From Fibrobacteria bacterium (lineage in GTDB: Bacteria; Fibrobacterota; Chitinivibrionia; Chitinivibrionales; FEN-1185): a DNA stretch of 64,000 nucleotides. Positions 29,538 through 37,841 of this stretch are shown here, piece by piece. The translations under genes and the position numbers were made by a program. Location: positions 64,001 to 128,000 of the forward strand of contig JBBIGR010000001.1 in assembly GCA_037447435.1 (NCBI GenBank), read 5' to 3'. The notes below the pieces were generated by a model, which saw only the letters and a list, made by a program, of their open reading frames with translations, did no database searches and was not told where the DNA came from. The number at the start of each line of letters is the position of its first letter. The stretch's first letter is position 1.

Positions 29538-30293
29538 CTATACTACGCGTGGATTGGCGTTTGCCATCATTGCCGCGGTACCGCACATGACGGCTGCCGC
29601 TAATTCGGTTCGTAACCGGAAAGCAGACAAGGAAACCGGGATACCGAATTTTTGCAAAGAGGAAATTTCCTCGTCGCAGAATCCGCCGGGCGGTCCGATA
29701 TAGCAGGAGATTGCGGGTGCAGTCGATTGCACTATGCGGTTCGACAGGGCAAGAAGAGGGGTTCCATCAGCGTCCGCAAACAACAAAAACGACTTCTCGT
29801 CGAGGCAAAGCGCCTCGGCAAACCCAATCGGTGATTCACATTGCGTCAACCAAGGATTATGCGATTGTTTGATTCCGGCGATAAGTTTTTTTCGAATGCG
29901 GGCCGAGTGTTTGTCCCATTGCTGCCACCAGGGATTTTGGCAATACCGGCAAATGAGAGGGGTTATTTTCCGTGCCCCCAAAGCGCTGCATTGTTCTGTC
30001 AGATCCTCGAATTTGTCTTTATCGCAGAGTCCGACATACATGTTTATTTCGGTTTCGGGCTTTTTTACGATGAGCGCATTATGAACCGTAACCGAAACGC
30101 GGTCGGCCGATTTTTCCGCGATTGTGCATTCGTAAACAGACCCTTTTCCGTCGGTCACCCGGATTTGATCTCCGGCGCAAAACCGAAGCACGGCCATCGC
30201 ATGTCGGCCCTCTTCATTGTCAAGATAGGCGACGTCTTTCTCAATCGTGTCGGCATAAAACAGGAAATGGTCTGCGTTTTTTTTACTCTTCAA
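29538..30293 (-). CDS. rsmE: 16S rRNA m3U1498 methyltransferase
   Basis: HAMAVLR, VTDGKG, IGPPGGF, RLRTELAA. Confidence 0.9.
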   Translation of the reverse strand: MKSKKNADHFLFYADTIEKDVAYLDNEEGRHAMAVLRFCAGDQIRVTDGKGSVYECTIAEKSADRVSVTVHNALIVKKPETEINMYVGLCDKDKFEDLTEQCSALGARKITPLICRYCQNPWWQQWDKHSARIRKKLIAGIKQSHNPWLTQCESPIGFAEALCLDEKSFLLFADADGTPLLALSNRIVQSTAPAISCYIGPPGGFCDEEISSLQKFGIPVSLSAFRLRTELAAAVMCGTAAMMANANPRVV

Positions 30294-30474
30294 TAACGAT
30301 CGCCTCTACCGGACAGTTCGTGGCTGCATCGCGGCATTTGTCTTTGATTTCGGCCCCGACCCGCTCTTGAGTCGTTTCGGCGATATTATCGGCATTCATG
30401 ACAAACACCTCGGGACAAATATCCACGCAAAGACCGCATCCGATACAAACGTCTTTTTTGACTAATGCTTTCAT
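30283..30474 (-). CDS. Single-cluster [4Fe-4S] ferredoxin
   Basis: CIGCGLCVDICPEVF...CPVEAI; start moved to ATG 30474 after AAGGA. Confidence 0.9.
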   Translation of the reverse strand: MKALVKKDVCIGCGLCVDICPEVFVMNADNIAETTQERVGAEIKDKCRDAATNCPVEAIVIEE

Positions 30475-30558
30475 GGACAAATCCTTTCGCTTAAAATAAC
30501 AGCCAAAGGGCCCGGCGCCATATCGCCGATACCCTTTGAGAATATACACAATGACCTG

Positions 30559-32181
30559 TTATGAAAGAATCGCTTTCAAATCTTCCTGAACCGTCGCAAT
30601 CGGCTTGATGTCGAATTTCTCTACCAAAAACGATAAAATGTTTGGAGAGATAAATGCCGGCAGCGAGGGGCCGAGCCGAATGCCCTTAATGCCGAGCGAC
30701 AACAAGGACAGAAGGACCACTACCGCCTTCTGCTCGTACCAGGACAATATCATTGACAAAGGCAAGTCGTTGACCGTGCAATCGAACGCCGCCGCCAAGG
30801 CTTGCGCAATCACGACCGCGGAATAAGCATCGTTGCATTGTCCTATATCAAGTAATCGCGGAATGCCGCCGATTGTCCCGAAATCCAGCGAGTTGAATCT
30901 GAATTTTCCGCATGCCAGCGTCAGGATTACGCAATCCTTGGGAAGGGTTTGTGCCATGTCGGTATAATAGTTCCGCCCCGGTTTTGCGCCGTCGCATCCG
31001 CCGATGAGGAAAAATCTTTTTATTGCGCCGCTCTTGACGGCATCGACAATGGCCCCGGCATTTTTTAGCACTGCTTCGTGGCCAAAACCGGTTGTCATGG
31101 TCCCGCCCGCTTTTTCCTCGAGACCGCCGAGTTCCAGCGCTTTTTCAATTACCTGTGTAAAATCACGATTTTCAATGTGCTTTACGCCCGGCCATCCCAC
31201 CATATTCAAGGTGAATACGTTTTCCTTATAACTGTCGCGGGGTTTTTGAATGCAGTTTGTGGTGAACACGAAAGCAGCTCCCACATTATCGAATTCTTTT
31301 TGCTGATTCTGCCAGGCGGTACCGAAATGACCGGCAAGATGTTTGTACTTTCGTAAATTCGGATATCCATGTGCGGGGAGCATTTCACCATGGGTATAAA
31401 CATTGACGCCTTTTCCGTCGGTTTGTTTGAGCAATTCTTCCAAATCAAGAAGGTCGTGTCCGGAAACAACGATTGCCGGACCGTATTTGGTACCTGTTGA
31501 AACCGTCGTGGGCTCAGGATTTCCATAGCGGGAAGTATGCGCTTCGTCCAATATTTGCATGCAACGGATATTGACCGTTCCGCATTCCATGACCAGCGCA
31601 ATCAATTCGTCCATTCCCGGATTGGCTTGGCAGAGCGCAGAAAGCGCCCTATGGATATAGGCAAAAATCGAATCGTCGTGCTTGCCCAACACTGCCGCAT
31701 GATGCGCATATGCGGCAAGGCCCATGAGCCCGTACAGCAACAAATGTTCCAGCGAACGGATGTCGGGATTGTCGTTAAAATTAAGTATTGTCAATTCCGA
31801 CGCCTGGTTGACGCATTCCTGGGCGGTTTTTCCGGGTTTGAAATGTGCCGCGTCCGGCGCGTCCGAGCGCTGTTGCGCAGTAAGCACGCCGAGCATTTTC
31901 TGACGGAGATTTTCCCCTTTGTTGATATAGGTCATCAGTAATTCCGGATCGAAGTCCACATTGGTAACCGTGGAAAACAGGGCCTCAAGCGTAAAGCGGT
32001 TTACCTCACTGTCGACGGTACCCGCCAGCCGGGCCAGATGAGCGCAATACCCGAGTCCTTTCAATTGATGGATCATAACATCCAAAAGTGCCGCCACGTC
32101 GGGGTGTTTTCCGCATACGCCCATCGTCGTGCATCCTTTTCCGCCAACAGTTTGCTCACATTGATAACAAAACATTCCCAT
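30559..32181 (-). CDS. hcp: Hybrid cluster protein (hydroxylamine/NO reductase), class I spacing
   Basis: MFCYQCEQT...Cx2Cx8Cx5C, SGHDL, THGEMLPAH, GGCDG, GQCND, SWYEQKA; 540 aa. Confidence 0.97.
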   Translation of the reverse strand: MGMFCYQCEQTVGGKGCTTMGVCGKHPDVAALLDVMIHQLKGLGYCAHLARLAGTVDSEVNRFTLEALFSTVTNVDFDPELLMTYINKGENLRQKMLGVLTAQQRSDAPDAAHFKPGKTAQECVNQASELTILNFNDNPDIRSLEHLLLYGLMGLAAYAHHAAVLGKHDDSIFAYIHRALSALCQANPGMDELIALVMECGTVNIRCMQILDEAHTSRYGNPEPTTVSTGTKYGPAIVVSGHDLLDLEELLKQTDGKGVNVYTHGEMLPAHGYPNLRKYKHLAGHFGTAWQNQQKEFDNVGAAFVFTTNCIQKPRDSYKENVFTLNMVGWPGVKHIENRDFTQVIEKALELGGLEEKAGGTMTTGFGHEAVLKNAGAIVDAVKSGAIKRFFLIGGCDGAKPGRNYYTDMAQTLPKDCVILTLACGKFRFNSLDFGTIGGIPRLLDIGQCNDAYSAVVIAQALAAAFDCTVNDLPLSMILSWYEQKAVVVLLSLLSLGIKGIRLGPSLPAFISPNILSFLVEKFDIKPIATVQEDLKAILS

Positions 32182-32253
32182 TTTATACGCCTTTCATAGA
32201 AGTGAAATAATTTTTAATAATTCTATCGTTACCTAACGTCGAAATCCTCTTTT

Positions 32254-33090
32254 TTAAACCCATTCTTCGCTTTGTTTATTGCCCTTGATGCCGATCACGA
32301 CCGACTTGATGGGTATTTTGCGTTTGGCAATCGAAGCCGCCTTTTGCGCTATAGCAAGTAATCCCCGGCAGCACGGCACTTCCATCGTTAAAACCGTGAG
32401 CGTGTTTATTTTCGCTTCGTCGATAAGGGCCGTGACTTTTTCCAGGTACGACTCCTGCCCGTCGTCGAGTTTGGGGCATGCTATTGCCAGCGATTTTCCT
32501 TTGAGCCAGTCTTTATGAAAATCGGCATAGGTGTATGCCACGCAGTCGGCAGACAACACCACATCGGCGGCTGCGTAGGACGGCGACATCGGCGACATCA
32601 AATGCAATTGTACCGGCCAATGGGTAAGGTGGGACGGACGAGCTTGGCTATCGTCAACGGTCTGTGTTTCTGTTTTAGCAAGCGACCGGAATGCGGCCCC
32701 CGGACAACCTTGATGATCATGCATATGTTCCTCCTTGTTTTCTGGTAACGTGATATTTTTCTCGCTTAATACGGAAACGGCTTCATTGTAAAATTGCGTT
32801 TGATTATGGCTTTTTAAATGATCGAGATGCGCTGCAATAACAGTGGCACCTTGCAAAACGATATTTTCCATGACCCGTTTTTCATCGTATGCTTCGGCTT
32901 CGCGTTCTTCGGTCGTTATTGCATCCACCGGGCAATGGCCGATGCATGCGCCCAAGCCGTCGCAAAACAAATCGCTGATCAGTCGGGCTTTGCCGTCTAT
33001 GAGTTGCAATGCACCTTCCGGGCAATTCGGCATACACTGGCCGCAGCCGTTGCATTTTTGATCATCGATTTTTATTATAGTTCGTTTCAT
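32254..33090 (-). CDS. 4Fe-4S dicluster protein of the type commonly linked to hcp
   Basis: CNGCGQCMPNCPEGAL, CDGLGACIGHCP, WPVQLHL, ADC, CPKLD, MEVPCC. Confidence 0.88.
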   Translation of the reverse strand: MKRTIIKIDDQKCNGCGQCMPNCPEGALQLIDGKARLISDLFCDGLGACIGHCPVDAITTEEREAEAYDEKRVMENIVLQGATVIAAHLDHLKSHNQTQFYNEAVSVLSEKNITLPENKEEHMHDHQGCPGAAFRSLAKTETQTVDDSQARPSHLTHWPVQLHLMSPMSPSYAAADVVLSADCVAYTYADFHKDWLKGKSLAIACPKLDDGQESYLEKVTALIDEAKINTLTVLTMEVPCCRGLLAIAQKAASIAKRKIPIKSVVIGIKGNKQSEEWV

Positions 33091-33156
33091 AAGGCCCCTT
33101 TTTAATGTGAACTTTTTTGTCCTGATATAAATATCGCTTTAACGGTAGGCTGCATC

Positions 33157-33172
33157 CTTGATGCAGATCAAG
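33157..33172. promoter_or_regulatory. CRP/FNR-family binding box upstream of hcp operon
   Basis: CTTGAT-GCAG-ATCAAG, perfect TTGAT-N4-ATCAA, about 67 nt before start at 33090. Confidence 0.8.
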
Positions 33173-33186
33173 AAATGCTATCTTTT

Positions 33187-36100
33187 TTATTTAACGAAGT
33201 GCGACAGCAGGCTGTCGAGGCGATGGGAAAGCTTTTGAGCTCCTGCGAAACCAAGGTGATTGGCATCCATGGCGTCGGAGTCGGCGTAATCGTGGTTTCC
33301 GTAATTATTGGCATCATAAAAATGGAAATAAGGATTTCTGTTTTCTATTGAGTGAAGATATGCCGCGATTTTTGCATACGTTGTTTGGGACGGGCCGTAT
33401 CTGCCGACCGAATTCGTCGTCTGGTATGCGGGATTTTCGGGATATTCCACGACACACAGCAGCTTGCCCAAAGACGCAAGGGAATCTCCCAACGCCGAAA
33501 TACCTGCCAAGTTGACCTGCACGAACGTATCGGTAAATGCATAATCGGGTTTTTCGATAAGCGGCGTACCCCACGATCCGGCTATGTTCTGTTTTGGAAA
33601 TCCCGTCGAATCGAAATCCGGCCATGAAGAAGCGCCGAATGCGGCAATTTTATTGGCGACGCCCGCCGGAATTCCCGTTTTCCAAAAACCGTTTTTCATG
33701 TCGAATTGATAGCCTTCACTTTCGTAAAGCCCGTTTAAAAACGGGCTGTTGGGATAATAATCCGTGTTTAAAAACCCCGGATCAAGTCCCATTATCACTG
33801 CTTTGAGTTTCGGCGCTTGCGTCAGTAAATAATTGAACGACAGCGTTTCGCTCAGCAAATGTTCGCCCATGAGCGTCGCCATATTGATGCCCCGAAACGA
33901 CGGCATATTCTTTGGATCGACCCCGTATACTGTGGGCGAGCTGCCGACTATCCCGAGCGTTATGTCCGAATGATTTGCCCAAAACGCCTTCATTTTCTCG
34001 GTTAAAATGGTCTGGGTATATGCCCGGACAATGACATCGTATTTGGCAAAGCTGTGATACGGATCGGGAGCTTCGGAATTTTCGCCAGGATCTATCCATA
34101 AACAAGGCGCAGACAGGCCTTCTCCTACCGCAATCTCCAAATACGTCGAATCCTTCAAGTTGATGCAGAGTATCGATGCAAGCGCGCCGTTTGAACTGTT
34201 CTTTGCGATGGCAACGGCAAAATCGGGATGATTGGACCAGCGAACATCGTCCCACTCGGTAAATTCCTTGGGCACTTCATACCACTGTAAAACCTTTCCG
34301 GCCCCCTGCATCACCGAATTCTGACGGAACAAAATTGAATGAAAGCCGTACGGTTTGCCCACCAGCGTGCTCGTTTTATTATAGCCAAAATCAAGAAACA
34401 GCAATTCGTCGGGCCGTTGTTGCCCCGGTGAAATCGATACGTTACATACCTGCGCCGTATCGTCGCGACCGGAAAACGGAGGAATGAAAAACCGTATCAG
34501 GTCGTTGAATTTGCGATCGTATAAGTAGGCATTCGGATAGCCGCTGGCAAGGTATTCGGCGTTCCTCGACATTCCGGCCGGAAACGATCCCGAGTCCGCA
34601 AGTGTTATGGAATTTGACAAAAAGGAAAGTGCCGATACTTTACGCATTTGGGTTTTTTCATGTTTCCACGCGGGCAGGTTATTCATCGATGCCGCCGAAG
34701 TATAAACGATAAAAGTATCGGGAGCCAACGTATCTACCCACCACGTGGGCAAATAGGCCGCGTCACCCAGCGTGCAAAGACGCTGATGCGACGAATCGTC
34801 AAGAGGCCGAACCGTCGTTGTGGACGGTCCTCTAAAGCCGATGCTTTGCGATCCGTATGCGACATATGATCCGTTCGGAGAAATCGACGGCGAATAGGCC
34901 GGTATTGAATCCTGCAAAACCCTGACCGATACGGATGGCTGGGTAAAATCGACAAAACACAATTTTCGAGAATACCCGTTATCTTTGACAAACGCAATTT
35001 TGATGCGCGATGTCTTGGCAAACGAAATAAGCCCGGATTTTTCGCCCCTTACCGTTATGCCGAGGAAATCCGACTGTGCCGTTGCCCCCTTCGCGGTACT
35101 ATCGGGGAAGAATACACCCATGGCGATTCTGAAACCGACGTGTCTATTCACGGTCCGAGAAGGCATGGGATACGGCTCACTACGGCTGCTGCTCCGCAAA
35201 TACGATTCCCCAAGTTCAAAGCACCCTCCTCGGATCGGTCTTTGCCAGCTTGCTTCGTACGTTTCCGTGGCAAGTGCAACCGGCCCGATAGGATTAGTTT
35301 GCGGCGCGGTACCGTAAACATCGAGCCAATCGTTCACAAATTCCGATACATTGCCGGCCATGTCCCAAAGTCCGAAGGCATTCGGGCTTAGTTGACCTAC
35401 CGGATGACTTTTTGCGCCGGAATTCTGTCCGTACCAGGCATTTTTATTTACAACCGATGACGGCGCATCGGCGTTTCCCCATAAAAAATCCGTTGAACTG
35501 CCTGCGCGGGCGGCGAATTCCCATTCTGCCTCTGTCGGCAGGCGATACCCCATTCTCTCATAATGGGTTGCTATATTTTCCAGGACATACGGACAATTTT
35601 GGGTTGCACCGCATAATGCGCTAAAAGAATATACGGTGTCGTAGCCCTCTGCCTTGCTTTTTGCATTGCAAAAAAGAACCGCATCGTACCAGGAAACGTA
35701 TGTAACCGGAAAACTGTCTCCGATACCCACGGTCCCCTGCAATGCATTGTCGACCGATGGATTTTTGCCCATAAGACGGCGAAACTCGCCCTGTGTGGCT
35801 TCGCAAGCGGCCATGAAATAATTATAATCGAAACCTACGGTGTGAACGTTGCGCTCATTGCTTTGCGACAATGATGATGTGGAGCCCATAAGGAATTTTT
35901 TCCCTGCCGAAAGGATCGGAACCATTGAGGAATTCGGTTTCTTTGCAAATCGTGCGGTTACGGTCTGGTTGGCAAGTACAACCATATCGAACGGATTTTC
36001 GGTACTATTGACGTCTCCGAAGAACCCGATGAAAACATACCCCGAATCGGGTTGTGCAATCAGGGTAACTTTTGCGCCTGCAGGAATTTTGGTCCATGCA

Positions 36101-36255
36101 GAAATCACATAGGCTTTTCCATTCCCGCCGGATTCAAGATTCACCGAATACTTTGCGGTATGCGGATCAAACGGATTGTAGGAGCAGAAAACGACAAGCC
36201 ACAGCAACGCAGCAGTTATCACCTTTATAGAAGTCTGTATTCCGGCATTTTTCAT
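33187..36255 (-). CDS. TIGR02171-like exported protein: B-repeat, FGE-sulfatase (SUMF1) domain, propeller-like middle, C-terminal SGNH-like domain
   Basis: Hydrophobic N-terminus ending in Cys; RLPTEAEWEFAARAG, PNAFGLWDMAGNV, VGFR; SPSISPNG; QVCNVSI; VGSS...DANH. Confidence 0.78.
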   Translation of the reverse strand: MKNAGIQTSIKVITAALLWLVVFCSYNPFDPHTAKYSVNLESGGNGKAYVISAWTKIPAGAKVTLIAQPDSGYVFIGFFGDVNSTENPFDMVVLANQTVTARFAKKPNSSMVPILSAGKKFLMGSTSSLSQSNERNVHTVGFDYNYFMAACEATQGEFRRLMGKNPSVDNALQGTVGIGDSFPVTYVSWYDAVLFCNAKSKAEGYDTVYSFSALCGATQNCPYVLENIATHYERMGYRLPTEAEWEFAARAGSSTDFLWGNADAPSSVVNKNAWYGQNSGAKSHPVGQLSPNAFGLWDMAGNVSEFVNDWLDVYGTAPQTNPIGPVALATETYEASWQRPIRGGCFELGESYLRSSSRSEPYPMPSRTVNRHVGFRIAMGVFFPDSTAKGATAQSDFLGITVRGEKSGLISFAKTSRIKIAFVKDNGYSRKLCFVDFTQPSVSVRVLQDSIPAYSPSISPNGSYVAYGSQSIGFRGPSTTTVRPLDDSSHQRLCTLGDAAYLPTWWVDTLAPDTFIVYTSAASMNNLPAWKHEKTQMRKVSALSFLSNSITLADSGSFPAGMSRNAEYLASGYPNAYLYDRKFNDLIRFFIPPFSGRDDTAQVCNVSISPGQQRPDELLFLDFGYNKTSTLVGKPYGFHSILFRQNSVMQGAGKVLQWYEVPKEFTEWDDVRWSNHPDFAVAIAKNSSNGALASILCINLKDSTYLEIAVGEGLSAPCLWIDPGENSEAPDPYHSFAKYDVIVRAYTQTILTEKMKAFWANHSDITLGIVGSSPTVYGVDPKNMPSFRGINMATLMGEHLLSETLSFNYLLTQAPKLKAVIMGLDPGFLNTDYYPNSPFLNGLYESEGYQFDMKNGFWKTGIPAGVANKIAAFGASSWPDFDSTGFPKQNIAGSWGTPLIEKPDYAFTDTFVQVNLAGISALGDSLASLGKLLCVVEYPENPAYQTTNSVGRYGPSQTTYAKIAAYLHSIENRNPYFHFYDANNYGNHDYADSDAMDANHLGFAGAQKLSHRLDSLLSHFVK

Positions 36256-36416
36256 ATAATACGTTTTATATTACCTGTCTCGTTGAAACACCGATCACAT
36301 AAAATAATACGGAATACTCTCTTAAATAGTTCTTTTGGCCGAATGCTCCGGGCTGTTGTTATTTTATTCGGTAACGATATCGATGCTGTCAAAACTTTTT
36401 ACGGGATTTTCTTCGC

Positions 36417-37841
36417 ATGCAGGAAGCTCTTATTCCTCGGTTCAGCCATGTTATAAAAGGCAGTGTCCTTTACGGATCTGCAGATATCGTTGTCGCGCTC
36501 GTCCGATTCTCTCTTATGGCTCTTTATACAAGAATTTTATCGCCTGCCGAATTCGGGTTTTACGCTGTTTTGACCACATCGCTTATGCTTGCAAATGTTT
36601 TTATTCCTCTTGGAATTCCGTCGGCAATCATGATAAAACTCGGGGAGAAAAAAACCGAGAATAGGCTCCCTGAAAAAGATTCCGCGTTCTTTTTTCTTGT
36701 TTTCACCTGTATTTTTTGCGGCATGGTTTTTAATGGAATAGCGCAATTCGGGTCTTTAAAATCCTCATTGAGCGGGCTGACATATTGGCTTATTCTGTAC
36801 ATTTCATCGGATATTTTAAGCGCAATTCCTAAGGTTTCTCTCCGGCTTCATGGAAACATAACCGGATTCAATACTGCGAAAATCATTAGGGTTTCGGCAA
36901 TGGCCGTGATTTTAATTATCGTTGTCAAGGGGGGCAAGAACGGCATTTCGGCAATAATTATTGCAGAATCCGCGGCCACTTTTCTCGAATTCATCGTCTG
37001 TATGATTTTTGACAAATTTTTACCGTATCGCTTCTCTTTTTCTCATCTTAAGCCGCTCCTTCATACGGGTGTACCATTAACCATAGTCGCCTTCGGCGTT
37101 GTAAGCATCGACGTATCGGACCGATATGTCATTTCATCGATTCTGGGAAATGGTGCGAACGGTTTTTATGCCGCTGCGGCAAAAATCGTTGTAGCTGCTT
37201 CATTTTTTGCCGAGGCATTCAACGGCATGTGGTTCCCCTATTTTTTGAAGATTACATCGAAAAGCAACTTTAAAATCGATGAGGATATGCGTCGTTTCGG
37301 CAAACGATTGATCGTTGCCTTTGCCGTTGCAATTTCGTTTTTAATAATTGCCCTCCCGATGTTGGTTTCCCTGAAAATTGCCGGAAAAGAATTTGTGGCA
37401 AAACAATACCATGAGGTCGCCGTGCTCATTGGCCCGCTGACGCTCGCGTATTTCTTTAAAATTGTTTTTTACCTATCAAGCGCAGCGCTGATTGCCCAAA
37501 AAAGAAGTTGGACCCTTTGTGCAATAATTTATGTTGCCGCAGCGGTCAATATCGGTGGAAATATTTTGACGGCAAACGCAAGGGGTTCGCACGACATTTT
37601 TTTAACTTTGTCAATTATTGCCCTGATGACTTCCGTTGCCTATGCCATCGGCATGATCGGCGCCGCAAAGGCTTCGGGTATGTTTGCATTCCGCTTTTGG
37701 TTCATCTCTCCGACGATATGGCTGTCGATCGGTTGCCTGACGCTCGCATTTCTTCCTATTCCCGTTTTTGCCAAAATTGCATGCCTGGCAGTCTTTTCTA
37801 TCCTTTTCGGCTTAAAAATCCTATCGGTAAAAAAAGCTTGA
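36417..37841 (+). CDS. Wzx-like polysaccharide flippase
   Basis: Multi-TM; YTRILSPAEFG, SDRYVI, GFYAAAAKI. Confidence 0.85.
   Translation: MQEALIPRFSHVIKGSVLYGSADIVVALVRFSLMALYTRILSPAEFGFYAVLTTSLMLANVFIPLGIPSAIMIKLGEKKTENRLPEKDSAFFFLVFTCIFCGMVFNGIAQFGSLKSSLSGLTYWLILYISSDILSAIPKVSLRLHGNITGFNTAKIIRVSAMAVILIIVVKGGKNGISAIIIAESAATFLEFIVCMIFDKFLPYRFSFSHLKPLLHTGVPLTIVAFGVVSIDVSDRYVISSILGNGANGFYAAAAKIVVAASFFAEAFNGMWFPYFLKITSKSNFKIDEDMRRFGKRLIVAFAVAISFLIIALPMLVSLKIAGKEFVAKQYHEVAVLIGPLTLAYFFKIVFYLSSAALIAQKRSWTLCAIIYVAAAVNIGGNILTANARGSHDIFLTLSIIALMTSVAYAIGMIGAAKASGMFAFRFWFISPTIWLSIGCLTLAFLPIPVFAKIACLAVFSILFGLKILSVKKA

Noticed and set aside
33187..36255. Diversity-generating retroelement target (FGE/C-type lectin fold)
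   Set aside because: No reverse transcriptase or template repeat seen, and the FGE domain is internal.
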